From positions 1-61,539 of the IMG/VR virus record IMGVR_UViG_3300025141_000089: DNA of 61,539 bases; one strand, 5' to 3'. Every line of letters starts with the position of its first letter. The first letter of the stretch is position 1. The DNA is from a virus. Taxonomy: Duplodnaviria; Caudoviricetes. Both the position numbers and the translations under genes were made by a program. Below, piece after piece: positions 27,442 to 38,183 of the stretch. The notes beneath the pieces were generated by a model. That model was not told the DNA's origin, searched no databases, and worked only from the letters and a program-made list of their open reading frames with translations.

Positions 27442-30288
27442 TTATGCAAAGCACTTATCACAACCATTCACACAAACACAATTTCCACGGCTCTCACATT
27501 CAGAACACGGTACAGGCTCATCAAATTCTATACAACCAGAATCACAACAACAAGAGCAAACCATCCAAACTTGATTCGTAGAATTCTTATCATCTATGTA
27601 TGGTTGACAACCATGACTATTTGCTTTCCATGTTTCTTTAGTGCATATCGATTTATTTTTTGTTGGCAATGATTCAATTTTATGGGATACTGCCGAAGAT
27701 CCAACACACATCTCAGAATCAAAGTTATTAAAACACCTTTCATCTATATTTTTACAATCATTGACTATTCCACCATCCCCCAATGCACCTTCCCAACAAA
27801 CTCCAGGACAACAACAATTACAATCACCACTTCCAACTTCAATGGTCCATTGTTCGATATCATCTACTGGAGAAACTACATTACGGGGTTCTATACATTC
27901 GGATAAACTAAATTTACCAGAATATTGTTTTGCATCTGGAGCATCAACTTCTTTTCTGTATTCAGGAACAGAATATGTTTTTCTATCTTTTCCACTATTT
28001 CCTATAATTTTGTCTGGTTCTAAACTTGAAGACCTACTTGCCATGGTTTGAAAATATAAGTCGGCTACTTCTTGACTTCTTGATTGTCTTCCTGCTCCTG
28101 CTCCGCCAGCAAAATTCCACAAATCCCCCATTATATTATATTGTGAACAAACATCATTATTACAATCTCCATTTGCTACCCATATACCACCATTTCCAAA
28201 ACATTCCCCAAGATCCACACCAGGTTCACATCCCCAATCATAACAACAAGCGCCCCAGTTGCAGTTAATGTTTTCACATTGTTCACCTTGTGTCCAGAGG
28301 CCAAACATCCCAACACAATCTTCCCAAGTTTCCATTACACACTCATATGAATTCCCACCATCACCGACAGGCTTACAACATGCTGATTTTTGTTCATAAA
28401 CAGTTCCTGGATCACCCTTACAACATTCATGACAACTTCCATCCTGCAATATAACCGTACCACAACTGTTAGAATCTAAACAAGTATAATTATTTTGATT
28501 GGAGCCGGGGGCACAATAACAGTTCACATCCACACCACCCTCAGTACACAAACAATAACCCGAACCAGCATCGCATCCACCGCAATCTTCACTATCACAC
28601 GTTGGCATTTCTTGCGTCCAACCCGGACATCCAGTACATGGTGGTTCTGATGCACCAGAATGGCATTGATTATCAGAAAAAAGGCCTTTTGTTTCAAAAT
28701 CATGGGTTTCATCATTCCAAACCAAACAATTATAGGGTGCATAAGTTTGATCCACTACGGTTTCAGTTCCAGTAGTATTGTCCATTGGCACGGGGATTGC
28801 GTAATTTGCTCCAGCACATTTTGAACCAGCGCCCCAAAACATACCTTTAGAACCGCCCGCACCACCACTTGACCTTAATGTGTCACACACTTGAGCATTA
28901 CAATTAAAACACACTTCATCAACACAACAAGCACCCATCTCTTGTATACAACAATTAACATCTTCACATCCAGTATATGGAGGAATTTCGCCCCCCATCC
29001 ACTTACTATTCATTGACAGCGAACACTCAACAACACCCAATAGTACACATTCTCCATTCAAACAACAAGCGCCGCGATCCCCACACGCTGCGGGACAACC
29101 GCCCCACACTGACAAATCATCACAAGTAGTTAAACTAGCACCTGAATTGATAGGAATAAAAAATCCACCATAAACATTACACTTATGCTGTGTAGTTTCT
29201 ATGCAATTTCCGTTCACACAACACATTCCCTCATAATGACAATCCGTTCCTTCTGAACGATTTATACACGCAGTACTACCAGAGAACCACCCATCAATTT
29301 TATCACAATATTTTTTACTTACATAATCTAAACAACCCCTATAACCTGGACCTGTTATTCCATCTTGTTCACCAGTTCCTTTCCTACAATAACAACAAGA
29401 ACCCACAATAATTGGTTCTGGAATTAATGGACTATTAAATGTTATTCCTGGAAATTTATAAACACCCGCATTATGAGAACCACCATCATCATCAACATAT
29501 ATGCCACTATACATGGCAGTTAAACCCGCAGTAGAGTTATCTCCGAAATTTTCTTTATCTGTTATGCTACTAAAGGAAACAGATGTTCCATCAGGAGTAT
29601 TGATTCCAATCGTTCCTACGTGGCCTGGTGTTACACCCCATGATGTAAAGTTATTACTTGTTGATCCTTCACTGCCAGTTATCACAAATCTTTCTCTGTG
29701 TGTTAATATTCTAGCGGTTAATTGATCACCACTCCAAAATGTATTTGTTGCCGCATTAGCAGATAAGCCAGATATACTATTATTAATAAAAATTAATTCT
29801 CCAGTATTTCCAAGTATTCCATAATCGTGTGTAAGGCCTCTAATAAGAATAGTATCACTTTCTGGAGTTATTATACTAATATCATTTCCACTAACTGTTA
29901 AATTTCGGAAAGTTGCTGTACGGCCCTCTATAGATTTAAATACTTCTCCATAATAACCGGCATTTATAATAGAATATGATGTAGTAGGAAGATCTCCTGT
30001 CGAACCCCGAATACCTGTAACACCTAGAGTTGTTCCTTGATTAAGAAGAAATCCAGTCGTATCTCCTTCATATCCTCTAAGGCAAAATATAAGTTCATAT
30101 GTGATTCCTTCACCACTACTTCCAGATATACCTGCAATACCATATCCTGTAAATCCTATCGGACCTACTTGACCAGTCGTTCCTGTCAATCCCCCTGGCC
30201 CAGTGTTACCAGTAGCACCAGCAGGGCCAGTTATATAACCGACTCCTGATGGATTTGCTATTCTACTACTTCCTTGTATTGATGCCAT
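27442..30288 (-). CDS. Collagen-like N-terminus plus GACC-repeat C-terminus; putative tail fibre
   Basis: MASIQGSSR...GPAGATGNTGPGGLTGTTGQVGPIGFTG, then GSCC/GMCC/GACC/SACC units and a Cys-rich tail. Confidence 0.75.
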   Translation of the reverse strand: MASIQGSSRIANPSGVGYITGPAGATGNTGPGGLTGTTGQVGPIGFTGYGIAGISGSSGEGITYELIFCLRGYEGDTTGFLLNQGTTLGVTGIRGSTGDLPTTSYSIINAGYYGEVFKSIEGRTATFRNLTVSGNDISIITPESDTILIRGLTHDYGILGNTGELIFINNSISGLSANAATNTFWSGDQLTARILTHRERFVITGSEGSTSNNFTSWGVTPGHVGTIGINTPDGTSVSFSSITDKENFGDNSTAGLTAMYSGIYVDDDGGSHNAGVYKFPGITFNSPLIPEPIIVGSCCYCRKGTGEQDGITGPGYRGCLDYVSKKYCDKIDGWFSGSTACINRSEGTDCHYEGMCCVNGNCIETTQHKCNVYGGFFIPINSGASLTTCDDLSVWGGCPAACGDRGACCLNGECVLLGVVECSLSMNSKWMGGEIPPYTGCEDVNCCIQEMGACCVDEVCFNCNAQVCDTLRSSGGAGGSKGMFWGAGSKCAGANYAIPVPMDNTTGTETVVDQTYAPYNCLVWNDETHDFETKGLFSDNQCHSGASEPPCTGCPGWTQEMPTCDSEDCGGCDAGSGYCLCTEGGVDVNCYCAPGSNQNNYTCLDSNSCGTVILQDGSCHECCKGDPGTVYEQKSACCKPVGDGGNSYECVMETWEDCVGMFGLWTQGEQCENINCNWGACCYDWGCEPGVDLGECFGNGGIWVANGDCNNDVCSQYNIMGDLWNFAGGAGAGRQSRSQEVADLYFQTMASRSSSLEPDKIIGNSGKDRKTYSVPEYRKEVDAPDAKQYSGKFSLSECIEPRNVVSPVDDIEQWTIEVGSGDCNCCCPGVCWEGALGDGGIVNDCKNIDERCFNNFDSEMCVGSSAVSHKIESLPTKNKSICTKETWKANSHGCQPYIDDKNSTNQVWMVCSCCCDSGCIEFDEPVPCSECESRGNCVCVNGCDKCFA

Positions 30289-33200
30289 TAGTACCTCTGG
30301 TTAATTCCTTTATCTTCATCTCGAATAATATTTGGAAGTTTCCATAACTTATAATTACTATCGTCACTGCTTGGATATCTACCATCACATCTCACTAAAC
30401 GTATAGGTCTTACTTTATATGTATTTACTGTTCTGTTCTTTTTGCCTACTAGGAAATTATCAGAATTTCCACTTTGATTTATTTTTATTGCCCATGCTAA
30501 ACTTCCAGGATCTGCGGTTACTCCAAGAGGACCAGTCGCGCCGACAGGATTAATAATTCCTTCTCCTATTCCAGCAGTTAATCCTTTTGTTTCATCATAT
30601 GCACCAGTAGAAGTCCAATGCCAACCATTTAATGGCGTTCCACCCGCTTCAAGAAGGTTAGAATTTAAATTAAATTCATTATCAACAGTTCTAATGCAAC
30701 TATTTGCAATATATGAAAACTCATCATGACTTGGTAAATACCAACCAGAGATATTAGGTGAATTAGAACCTGTTATTCCCAAAGATATTAAATTATCATC
30801 ATATAATCTTACTGCACGAACCGCAGAAACATATCCGCTTGTTAATCCAGGACCAAAATCCGAACCTGTATATGTTCCATCATCATCATAATAGCCTTTA
30901 AGTAGTGCATTATCCGCACTAATAATTCTGATTGTATTATATAATCCCCAGTTTCTGTGCCACATACCATGTGCAGTTTGTGTCGGTTTAGTTTTTAATT
31001 TACTTATTGCATCACTTCCGTATATCCTAGATGCATTACATGAGCTGAATGTTCTTTCTGGAAGGATGGTTAATGAAACTTTACCCCTATTTTGGTCATA
31101 CCAATACCCTTCGGATTTAGGAAATACTTCATATTTATATTCATTGCTTACATCTTCATATATTCCAAGATTTTGGTTATATAAAGGTCCCCACGAACTA
31201 CCACGATTTCCCCAATAAAATTCATTTGTAATGCCATCCACATTATTATATTCTACAACTCTATCACCAGTTATTCCTATAGGATTTAATGAAATAATTA
31301 CATAATATGCATCATTTTTGTTGGTGTGTTTATTACAAGACGATTTAGAGTCAAATCCATAACTGTGCCAATCATATTTGGATTTATATTTAGATGGCAC
31401 ATTACCAATATTATCATAAGTAGATCCAAATCCGCCCCTCATCAAAGACTCCCATGAAGAAAGTTTAGAACCACCAAATCCCCTTGCTCCTATTCCAACC
31501 TCACCATCAGGATGATATAATCCAACAACCATACCACCCGCATATAAATCGCCAGGTTGTAAATCTAATCCTGTAACTTCTGGAATGCATCCAGAAGTGG
31601 TTGAATTTTCTCTGCAATCAATATCCCTACAATGTGAACCATGCCCTGCATAAAGATATCCATCTTCTATACAAGAAGAACCAAGTGTGTTATTATCACA
31701 AATGGCGCCACCTTTGCAACATGCACCAGTACCACCCGAACAAATTTGAACATCATCTTTATTAACACACGGAATACCAATTCCCATAAAGAATTTCTTT
31801 TGTCTTAAACAATTGGTTTTAGATATTTGTTCACAATGTCCTATACCATCACAGCATGCCCCTATTTCATTTTTTAAATTTTCGCACTGCATTTCTTCAC
31901 ACGAATTTGCCGTTCCGCCAAAGAGAGTGTGATAGTTTAATACATCGGCCAAATCTACACATTCATTAGCAGACATATTTTCATAACACACAACTTCTTT
32001 CGATTTTATATTTCTTACACAACATGGTCCGAGTTCATAGCAAGAACTTCCCGTTCCACCTGCACCACATAATGTGCCTGTACCATTATAATAACCAGGG
32101 CAATTAGCTTCTGTTGTATGAACACATATTCCTTTCCCCATACAACATGCACCAGTGCCTCCATCACCAAAATAGTAATTTCTGCCATCTTTATATCCCT
32201 CAAAAGGAAATGTACCATCATCGTCATAGCAATAATATGCATTATCAATATTACCTGTTCCGCCAGTTATACCATACCATTGGACCATATTTCCGTGCCA
32301 TGCATACTCGTTCGGACACCATGTTTCATCATATTCGCAAGGCAACCAAAAAAAGTTTATAATATCAGTTCCACCACTCCAACATGGAGGTTTGTTTAAG
32401 GGCCATATAATATTTTTTTCTGTTTGACTGTTGGTGTACCATGGCGGGAATTCTCCACTAGTGGTAGCACCATGAACAACCAAACTAAATGCTTTTGCTA
32501 ATTCTGCATCACTAACACCATTACCAACAGGGCCATTTCCTGTATATCCAAAACTTGCACCCTTAAAATTTAATGAAACTTCTCCTGTATATCCAGTAAC
32601 ACCAGAAATACCATCTATTTGCCTCATATTAAGTACGAAAACTTTAGCATTGTTTGGGTCGATAGGCACAGATGGTGCATATAATGGCACATCCACACCA
32701 GTTTCTCTAATATCATAATCAGCACCAATTTTGAGATATTTTGCCTTTTCTGTAAAGTTTGTAACTCTAACATCAATAGCATTTGCTCCACTTGGAAGCC
32801 CCGAACTTGTCGCCATGTCGTATTTTGCACCACTAATTCCTGCAAGGTTCGACCCAGAAAGGCCCACCAATTGCCCCGCGGCACTATCGGTATCAGTTCC
32901 ATCAATATTTAAGTATCCAAAATTTCCTGGATCATATATGATGTTAATTGTATCTAAACTTTCGTTTTGTTGTAAAGATAATGCGGGGCCAGTAACCTCA
33001 ATCACTTTTAATACAAGTGAACTTATATTATTATCAGAATCTCTTCCTTGTACAAGTGTGACGCCCATACGAGAAGAGTCATTAATATTTTGTCCATCAA
33101 TTAGTGGATACCCACCACCTGTTGGCCCTTTAATTCTTGTTGTTGTGGTGTAACTACTAGTCCAACGGGTCTCGTTTTCATCTACCAATTCAAATATTGT

Positions 33201-33410
33201 ATGAAGTTTATCGCCCGCAATGGTAGCATTACCATCGGCATCAACAAGATACATGTTGGTGATATTACCACCACTAAATCCCGTTGCACCTGTGTATCCA
33301 TATCCTATTGGACCTGTAGCACCTGTGCCGCCAGAAGCACCGGTCGGGCCAGTAACATGTGTTGCTCCGATTGGTGTAAAGTGACTGCTTCCGTGTACTA
33401 TTGCTACCAT
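30288..33410 (-). CDS. Collagen-like N-terminus, GACC repeats and C-terminal DUF1566 (CLec-fold) domain; putative receptor-binding fibre
   Basis: MVAIVHGSSH...GPTGASGGTGATGPIG; four GACC/GPCC units; GWYLPSHDEF...WHWTST...AWAI...K.R...KVRPIR. Confidence 0.78.
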   Translation of the reverse strand: MVAIVHGSSHFTPIGATHVTGPTGASGGTGATGPIGYGYTGATGFSGGNITNMYLVDADGNATIAGDKLHTIFELVDENETRWTSSYTTTTRIKGPTGGGYPLIDGQNINDSSRMGVTLVQGRDSDNNISSLVLKVIEVTGPALSLQQNESLDTINIIYDPGNFGYLNIDGTDTDSAAGQLVGLSGSNLAGISGAKYDMATSSGLPSGANAIDVRVTNFTEKAKYLKIGADYDIRETGVDVPLYAPSVPIDPNNAKVFVLNMRQIDGISGVTGYTGEVSLNFKGASFGYTGNGPVGNGVSDAELAKAFSLVVHGATTSGEFPPWYTNSQTEKNIIWPLNKPPCWSGGTDIINFFWLPCEYDETWCPNEYAWHGNMVQWYGITGGTGNIDNAYYCYDDDGTFPFEGYKDGRNYYFGDGGTGACCMGKGICVHTTEANCPGYYNGTGTLCGAGGTGSSCYELGPCCVRNIKSKEVVCYENMSANECVDLADVLNYHTLFGGTANSCEEMQCENLKNEIGACCDGIGHCEQISKTNCLRQKKFFMGIGIPCVNKDDVQICSGGTGACCKGGAICDNNTLGSSCIEDGYLYAGHGSHCRDIDCRENSTTSGCIPEVTGLDLQPGDLYAGGMVVGLYHPDGEVGIGARGFGGSKLSSWESLMRGGFGSTYDNIGNVPSKYKSKYDWHSYGFDSKSSCNKHTNKNDAYYVIISLNPIGITGDRVVEYNNVDGITNEFYWGNRGSSWGPLYNQNLGIYEDVSNEYKYEVFPKSEGYWYDQNRGKVSLTILPERTFSSCNASRIYGSDAISKLKTKPTQTAHGMWHRNWGLYNTIRIISADNALLKGYYDDDGTYTGSDFGPGLTSGYVSAVRAVRLYDDNLISLGITGSNSPNISGWYLPSHDEFSYIANSCIRTVDNEFNLNSNLLEAGGTPLNGWHWTSTGAYDETKGLTAGIGEGIINPVGATGPLGVTADPGSLAWAIKINQSGNSDNFLVGKKNRTVNTYKVRPIRLVRCDGRYPSSDDSNYKLWKLPNIIRDEDKGINQRY

Positions 33411-33423
33411 AATAATATACTAC

Positions 33424-34764
33424 TTATTTTCGTGTATCTGCTGTATTGGTACTTATATCTTCGCCTGCTCCGAGAAGTATAGGTGCATACACCTTAGATG
33501 CATCTTGAAGATTCTTTAAAGAATCTCCTACATTTATTTTCGCAGTAGCATCTTCCACTGTAAGTGTTTCAAAAGTTCCTTCTTTAAACTTTAAGTTAGT
33601 AGGTATAGAAAAAACATGGTTCATTGGCCCTGATGTGGAATCTCCTGGTGTATTATCTTGTGGCAACATCATCCACCATTTTTTTGGTATTAATTGTTCT
33701 TTATTATTATCAACTCGTATTCTAAGCGATGTTGATGATGATGCAACAGGAAGTTTAAAACTTGTCTTTTTAATACTACCAATTTTAAGTGTTGGACCAT
33801 TGGTTACTTCAACATACACACCTGCACCAAGATATTTGTCTAAGTTTTTTTCTGAATCCTTACTCTTCCACTCAACAGTAACAGTTTTATTAGCAACACT
33901 TGAATCTATTATCGTTGCATTTTGAAGAACTTTTCTTCCATTAACACGAACAGAACACTGTTTACCAACATCACTCGTTGATGGAGTATTTTCACAAGTA
34001 ATTATTGTTGTAGTCTGACACCATTCTTTAATTATATTGTAACTGTATAAATATGTTGCTCCTGTGGTCGCATCAAGGTTGAAAGATCGACCATCTATAG
34101 GAGTCCATCCACGGCCGGTGTTTTTGGGAGGGCCGCCAAATTCCGGGATTTCAATAATAGAAGCTACTGGAGCTGAATCTGTATCTTCGCCCGTAATTGA
34201 ACCACCAGCTTGATATCCAATATAATTTACAACTTGACCGGTCCATGGAGAATCTGGAGCAACTTGATAAATTGGTTTTATGACTTGAGTTGGTTCTGTT
34301 GGTGCAAGATTTTGAAGCACACCAGCAGTTGCCGCACTCAAGAAATATACATCTTGACCACCGGCAGCACCAGTCAGGCCTGCCTCAGCATCAATATGTG
34401 TTGCATTTACTAATTTTGTTGATGGATAATTTATTTGCCCCTGTATTATGACTGTGACCACTCCCGTTGTTGGGTCACTTGGATTCACAGGAGTTACACT
34501 TTCAACAATTCCTATAACTTCACAATTTGCAGGGGTATTTGCTTGTGCTTTAATATATTTTTGATAACTTGTACTGTTTATATCATTATCATATCTGATT
34601 GCATCCCCCGCTGTAACGCCGTCATCGCCGGGGAGGCCAGAAATAATACCACCAGAAAATCCAGATAATGGATGAGTCATAAGTAATCTAGCACCACTGC
34701 TTGTGATACTATTGATATTAAGATTTCCTAAAAGATTAGAACTATTTGTATTACAACTTGCCAT
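33424..34764 (-). CDS. Virion structural protein
   Basis: GDAIRYD...Y.KAQAN....EVIGIVESV...V...G.I...G..YFLS...G.L....P.....V.KP domain, also present in the 789-aa neighbour. Confidence 0.7.
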   Translation of the reverse strand: MASCNTNSSNLLGNLNINSITSSGARLLMTHPLSGFSGGIISGLPGDDGVTAGDAIRYDNDINSTSYQKYIKAQANTPANCEVIGIVESVTPVNPSDPTTGVVTVIIQGQINYPSTKLVNATHIDAEAGLTGAAGGQDVYFLSAATAGVLQNLAPTEPTQVIKPIYQVAPDSPWTGQVVNYIGYQAGGSITGEDTDSAPVASIIEIPEFGGPPKNTGRGWTPIDGRSFNLDATTGATYLYSYNIIKEWCQTTTIITCENTPSTSDVGKQCSVRVNGRKVLQNATIIDSSVANKTVTVEWKSKDSEKNLDKYLGAGVYVEVTNGPTLKIGSIKKTSFKLPVASSSTSLRIRVDNNKEQLIPKKWWMMLPQDNTPGDSTSGPMNHVFSIPTNLKFKEGTFETLTVEDATAKINVGDSLKNLQDASKVYAPILLGAGEDISTNTADTRK

Positions 34765-34776
34765 TAATCATCTCCG

Positions 34777-37146
34777 TTATAGAACCGTACCATCTGTGTC
34801 TAATTCTGCATCTGCAACATAGTGTGCTGAAATTTGATCCCAAAGAACTGTGCCGTTAGGAACAACAATATACATTCCGTCAGTTGTGTAATGTTCTGCA
34901 ATAATAGTTGTATCTCCAGCAGGTGCAACGCGTGTTCCGTGTGGCGAGCTCGTTCCAGACACATATCTTATATCTTTTTCTGCTGTTCTGTTATATGCAT
35001 CTCCGGTCGATCCTGTTTTTGGCGAATAGAAAGTAATAGCCGGGTTTGCTCTCATTCGTACAGGATATTTAAAATACAAATCTTTCATTGGAGTGGTTGT
35101 AAAATCAATAACACTAATTGTCGGATTATTGTTATCCAGCATCGTTACACTATGTGTGTTTTCATCGATATTATAACTTCTTTGATAGAATCTGCCACAT
35201 TCTTTCAATTCTTCATCTACGTCTGCTTCTGCATTAGTTGTTGCAACCAATCCCCGTTCAAGTTTAACTTTTGCTAAATCGAAAGTTGTATTTAATTTTG
35301 TAACATCAAATCCAACTGATAAGTAGTGCTTACTCCCTGTTGGAACTGCCGTTTGCTCTGGAACATTAAATGCAATCTCATATTTGCCCCACCTAGTACC
35401 AAGAGATGCATTTGCAACTGTTGTTGTATTTCTATTTGTTCCATCCATTTGTGTTAAAACAACACCCATAGTAGCACCAGTTATACCACTCTTGGCATTA
35501 AAAGATAATGTTACATCTTGTCCTCTTGCAATTCTAGAATCTTCTATTCGATTTTCAATATGGATGAAATCTCCATGATGGCCACCAGTACCTGCCATGA
35601 CATGATTAGATGCAAGATAATATTTTGGATTTCCAAATACTTGAGTCTGGTTCGCAACAAATTCTTGTCTTTGCAATGATGCACTAGAAATTGTTCCAGC
35701 ACCGCCCGAAACACCATGTATTCTTACCCACCTATCTGCAAAATATGTTGTATCTTTTGCAGTCCAAGCCGAATCCTTTCCGATTGATCTTTGCCAAATA
35801 TCGAATCCACCATTGATTAACATATTATTATTGATTGCACTACCATAAGTAGTACCACCCAACGAACTTGAATTATATGCCCAATTTCCATTTGGGTTTC
35901 CACCTCCACCAGACCTAGTACTCTCAGCAGTACTAGAACCACCACCCCCACCAGCATTTTGATTTATAATTACGCCTCGTCTAACGCCACTCCCTGCACT
36001 ATCAGGCCATGCAACTGCAAATGGTTTGGCAGGGGTTGGTACAGCGCCTGATGTTAATTTACCATTTTCATCAACATATAAAAGTCCATCATAATCAGAA
36101 GGTATATTACTCATATGACCACTAGATACAATTTCTACATAGTCAATACTATCTAATGTAAATCTATTAACGACCAATCCAACTGCATTTGAAATTGGCC
36201 TCCCATCAGCACCATCCGCTACAACCCAATCACCACCATTCGTGTATCCTGCGACAACACCTCTTACAAGGCCTGCATTTGTCGTTGAAACAATGAATCT
36301 GTTGTCATTGATACCACCTGTACCACCTGTACCGCTTCCTTTTAGGAACTGCCCACGATAATTTAAAACAATACCCTCATCTGCGGTAATTCCCAAAATC
36401 ATAGGTTTGGACACTTGCCCTGCGATGCCTGGTTCTTCAGGAGTGATACCACCACTGAACCCAGGACTCAAGAAGTAAACAACCCCTGCACTAAGTCCAC
36501 CACTTGGTCTATCTGTATATGAGTATGGTGCAAGTGTATCACTAAAGTCACCTTTAATTTTACCCGCAATAGTTACTTCAATATATGTGTTTGAATTGCT
36601 ATATGCTGTTCCATCTGATGGCCAAGTAACTCCAGATACCACACCCATAACTTCTGCATTATTGGCACTATCTGCTTTTCCAAGATAATATGTTGCATCT
36701 CCTGTACAACCTTCTATACCCTGATGATTCGCCCTTGCAACACGAATTGGTTGTCCAAAAGTAAAGCCTTTTGTTCCTGTATATCCTTGTTCTGAATTTA
36801 CTCTTATATTGAGACTAGGATTTTCTAAACTAGTTAAATCATAATTTAATACACCACCGATAGAAACATCACCCTGAAAGGTAACACCTCTTGCAATAGT
36901 TTCTGCGATATCACACCTAAATGTCCCCGATGGTAAATCTGGACCAGATGTAATACCTCCAACGGGATCATTAGGTGCAGTAGTTCCAAGAGTAAATACA
37001 ATACCATCACCAGAAGCACCGTTGAATATCTCAAGCAAATTAAGTTTGTTGACAGCGCTCGTATTATAATGACTAACCCAATCTGCAAAGGTGGTATCGC
37101 CAGTAATGTATGGTATGTTGTATTTGTTATCGTCTACTAAAGCCAT
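34777..37146 (-). CDS. Virion structural / tail-fibre protein with a carbohydrate-binding-like C-terminal domain
   Basis: Two copies of the domain seen in 33424-34764, then N.LINGGFDIWQR...YFADRW and EEL..C.RFYQRSY motifs common in phage fibre proteins. Confidence 0.72.
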   Translation of the reverse strand: MALVDDNKYNIPYITGDTTFADWVSHYNTSAVNKLNLLEIFNGASGDGIVFTLGTTAPNDPVGGITSGPDLPSGTFRCDIAETIARGVTFQGDVSIGGVLNYDLTSLENPSLNIRVNSEQGYTGTKGFTFGQPIRVARANHQGIEGCTGDATYYLGKADSANNAEVMGVVSGVTWPSDGTAYSNSNTYIEVTIAGKIKGDFSDTLAPYSYTDRPSGGLSAGVVYFLSPGFSGGITPEEPGIAGQVSKPMILGITADEGIVLNYRGQFLKGSGTGGTGGINDNRFIVSTTNAGLVRGVVAGYTNGGDWVVADGADGRPISNAVGLVVNRFTLDSIDYVEIVSSGHMSNIPSDYDGLLYVDENGKLTSGAVPTPAKPFAVAWPDSAGSGVRRGVIINQNAGGGGGSSTAESTRSGGGGNPNGNWAYNSSSLGGTTYGSAINNNMLINGGFDIWQRSIGKDSAWTAKDTTYFADRWVRIHGVSGGAGTISSASLQRQEFVANQTQVFGNPKYYLASNHVMAGTGGHHGDFIHIENRIEDSRIARGQDVTLSFNAKSGITGATMGVVLTQMDGTNRNTTTVANASLGTRWGKYEIAFNVPEQTAVPTGSKHYLSVGFDVTKLNTTFDLAKVKLERGLVATTNAEADVDEELKECGRFYQRSYNIDENTHSVTMLDNNNPTISVIDFTTTPMKDLYFKYPVRMRANPAITFYSPKTGSTGDAYNRTAEKDIRYVSGTSSPHGTRVAPAGDTTIIAEHYTTDGMYIVVPNGTVLWDQISAHYVADAELDTDGTVL

Positions 37147-37184
37147 ATTTGTTATCTCTATATGTTATTTATGTTAATTATTTG

Positions 37185-38177
37185 TCAGGACCCTTTGTAG
37201 AGAATTATATTATTCATATATCTCACAGTTTTGCTGTACGGATTAACCTTACAAACCAAAGAAAGTCGATTAAACTCTCCAATTTTATTCGGATCAGCCG
37301 CGGCTGCACCCTCGATATTCACACTATATCTACTTGCTCCACAAGCAACACTATTAGAATAGCCTGCGGCATTATCTCCGAGACTTTCATCACAAACATT
37401 ATCATTTGTACAGTGACAATCAACATATCCAGTCGAAATATTAAGTCCAATAGGAATCCAAATATCGGCACCAGCACCTAAATCTATCGAAACCGAATAG
37501 TGTGGATCAGGTCTGTCATCTGGAAAATTGGTATCTAAATATACCCAATGTTTTAATCCACTTATAAACGATGCATCACTTGTATCGGGGTTGATTTGAG
37601 GCAAATCAACCAAATACCATCCAGAATAAAATTGAATGGTTAGTGTATTCAAAGTCATACTAGCCTCTACAAGTTTCCCCCCATAGCCAGAAAGATCAGT
37701 CGGAACATAAGGACACTCAAAAGGCCATAATGGTGTTGAACCTCTCCATCCAGGTCCAGAAATTGCATACTGCTTATTATGATCTACAACATCACCAACA
37801 CTACCACCACCCATACCCAATCCTGTGTTTGGAATTGATTCATCAACGGCATTGAATGCGACACCATCGCCGGGTATGTCTTTATCATACCCGTGCCACA
37901 TTGGACCTGCACCAGAGGTAATCCAACTATTCATCATATTTAAACTTAAAGTCATTTGCATTTGAAAATGCTCTTGAATTTCATTTAATTCCGATGCTTG
38001 CAGCGGAAATCCTGGTCTGTATGCAACAAATTGATAATTTTTGGGCGAATTTTCTCCACCTCCGCCTGCAAACGAAAGTTCACTTTCTACCCTACTATTA
38101 AACGGGCTTGATGTTAAAGGAAACGATGGGTTATTTCCATCTCCTCCAACTTTTAATGGTTCTATATTTCTTGCCAT
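37185..38177 (-). CDS. Short DUF4815/VrlC-like baseplate-associated protein
   Basis: KNYQFVAYRPGFPLQASELNEIQ matches the N-terminal F.PG..vQA.EL..lQ motif; follows the gp8-like gene. Confidence 0.6.
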   Translation of the reverse strand: MARNIEPLKVGGDGNNPSFPLTSSPFNSRVESELSFAGGGGENSPKNYQFVAYRPGFPLQASELNEIQEHFQMQMTLSLNMMNSWITSGAGPMWHGYDKDIPGDGVAFNAVDESIPNTGLGMGGGSVGDVVDHNKQYAISGPGWRGSTPLWPFECPYVPTDLSGYGGKLVEASMTLNTLTIQFYSGWYLVDLPQINPDTSDASFISGLKHWVYLDTNFPDDRPDPHYSVSIDLGAGADIWIPIGLNISTGYVDCHCTNDNVCDESLGDNAAGYSNSVACGASRYSVNIEGAAAADPNKIGEFNRLSLVCKVNPYSKTVRYMNNIILYKGS

Positions 38178-38183
38178 TTATAT

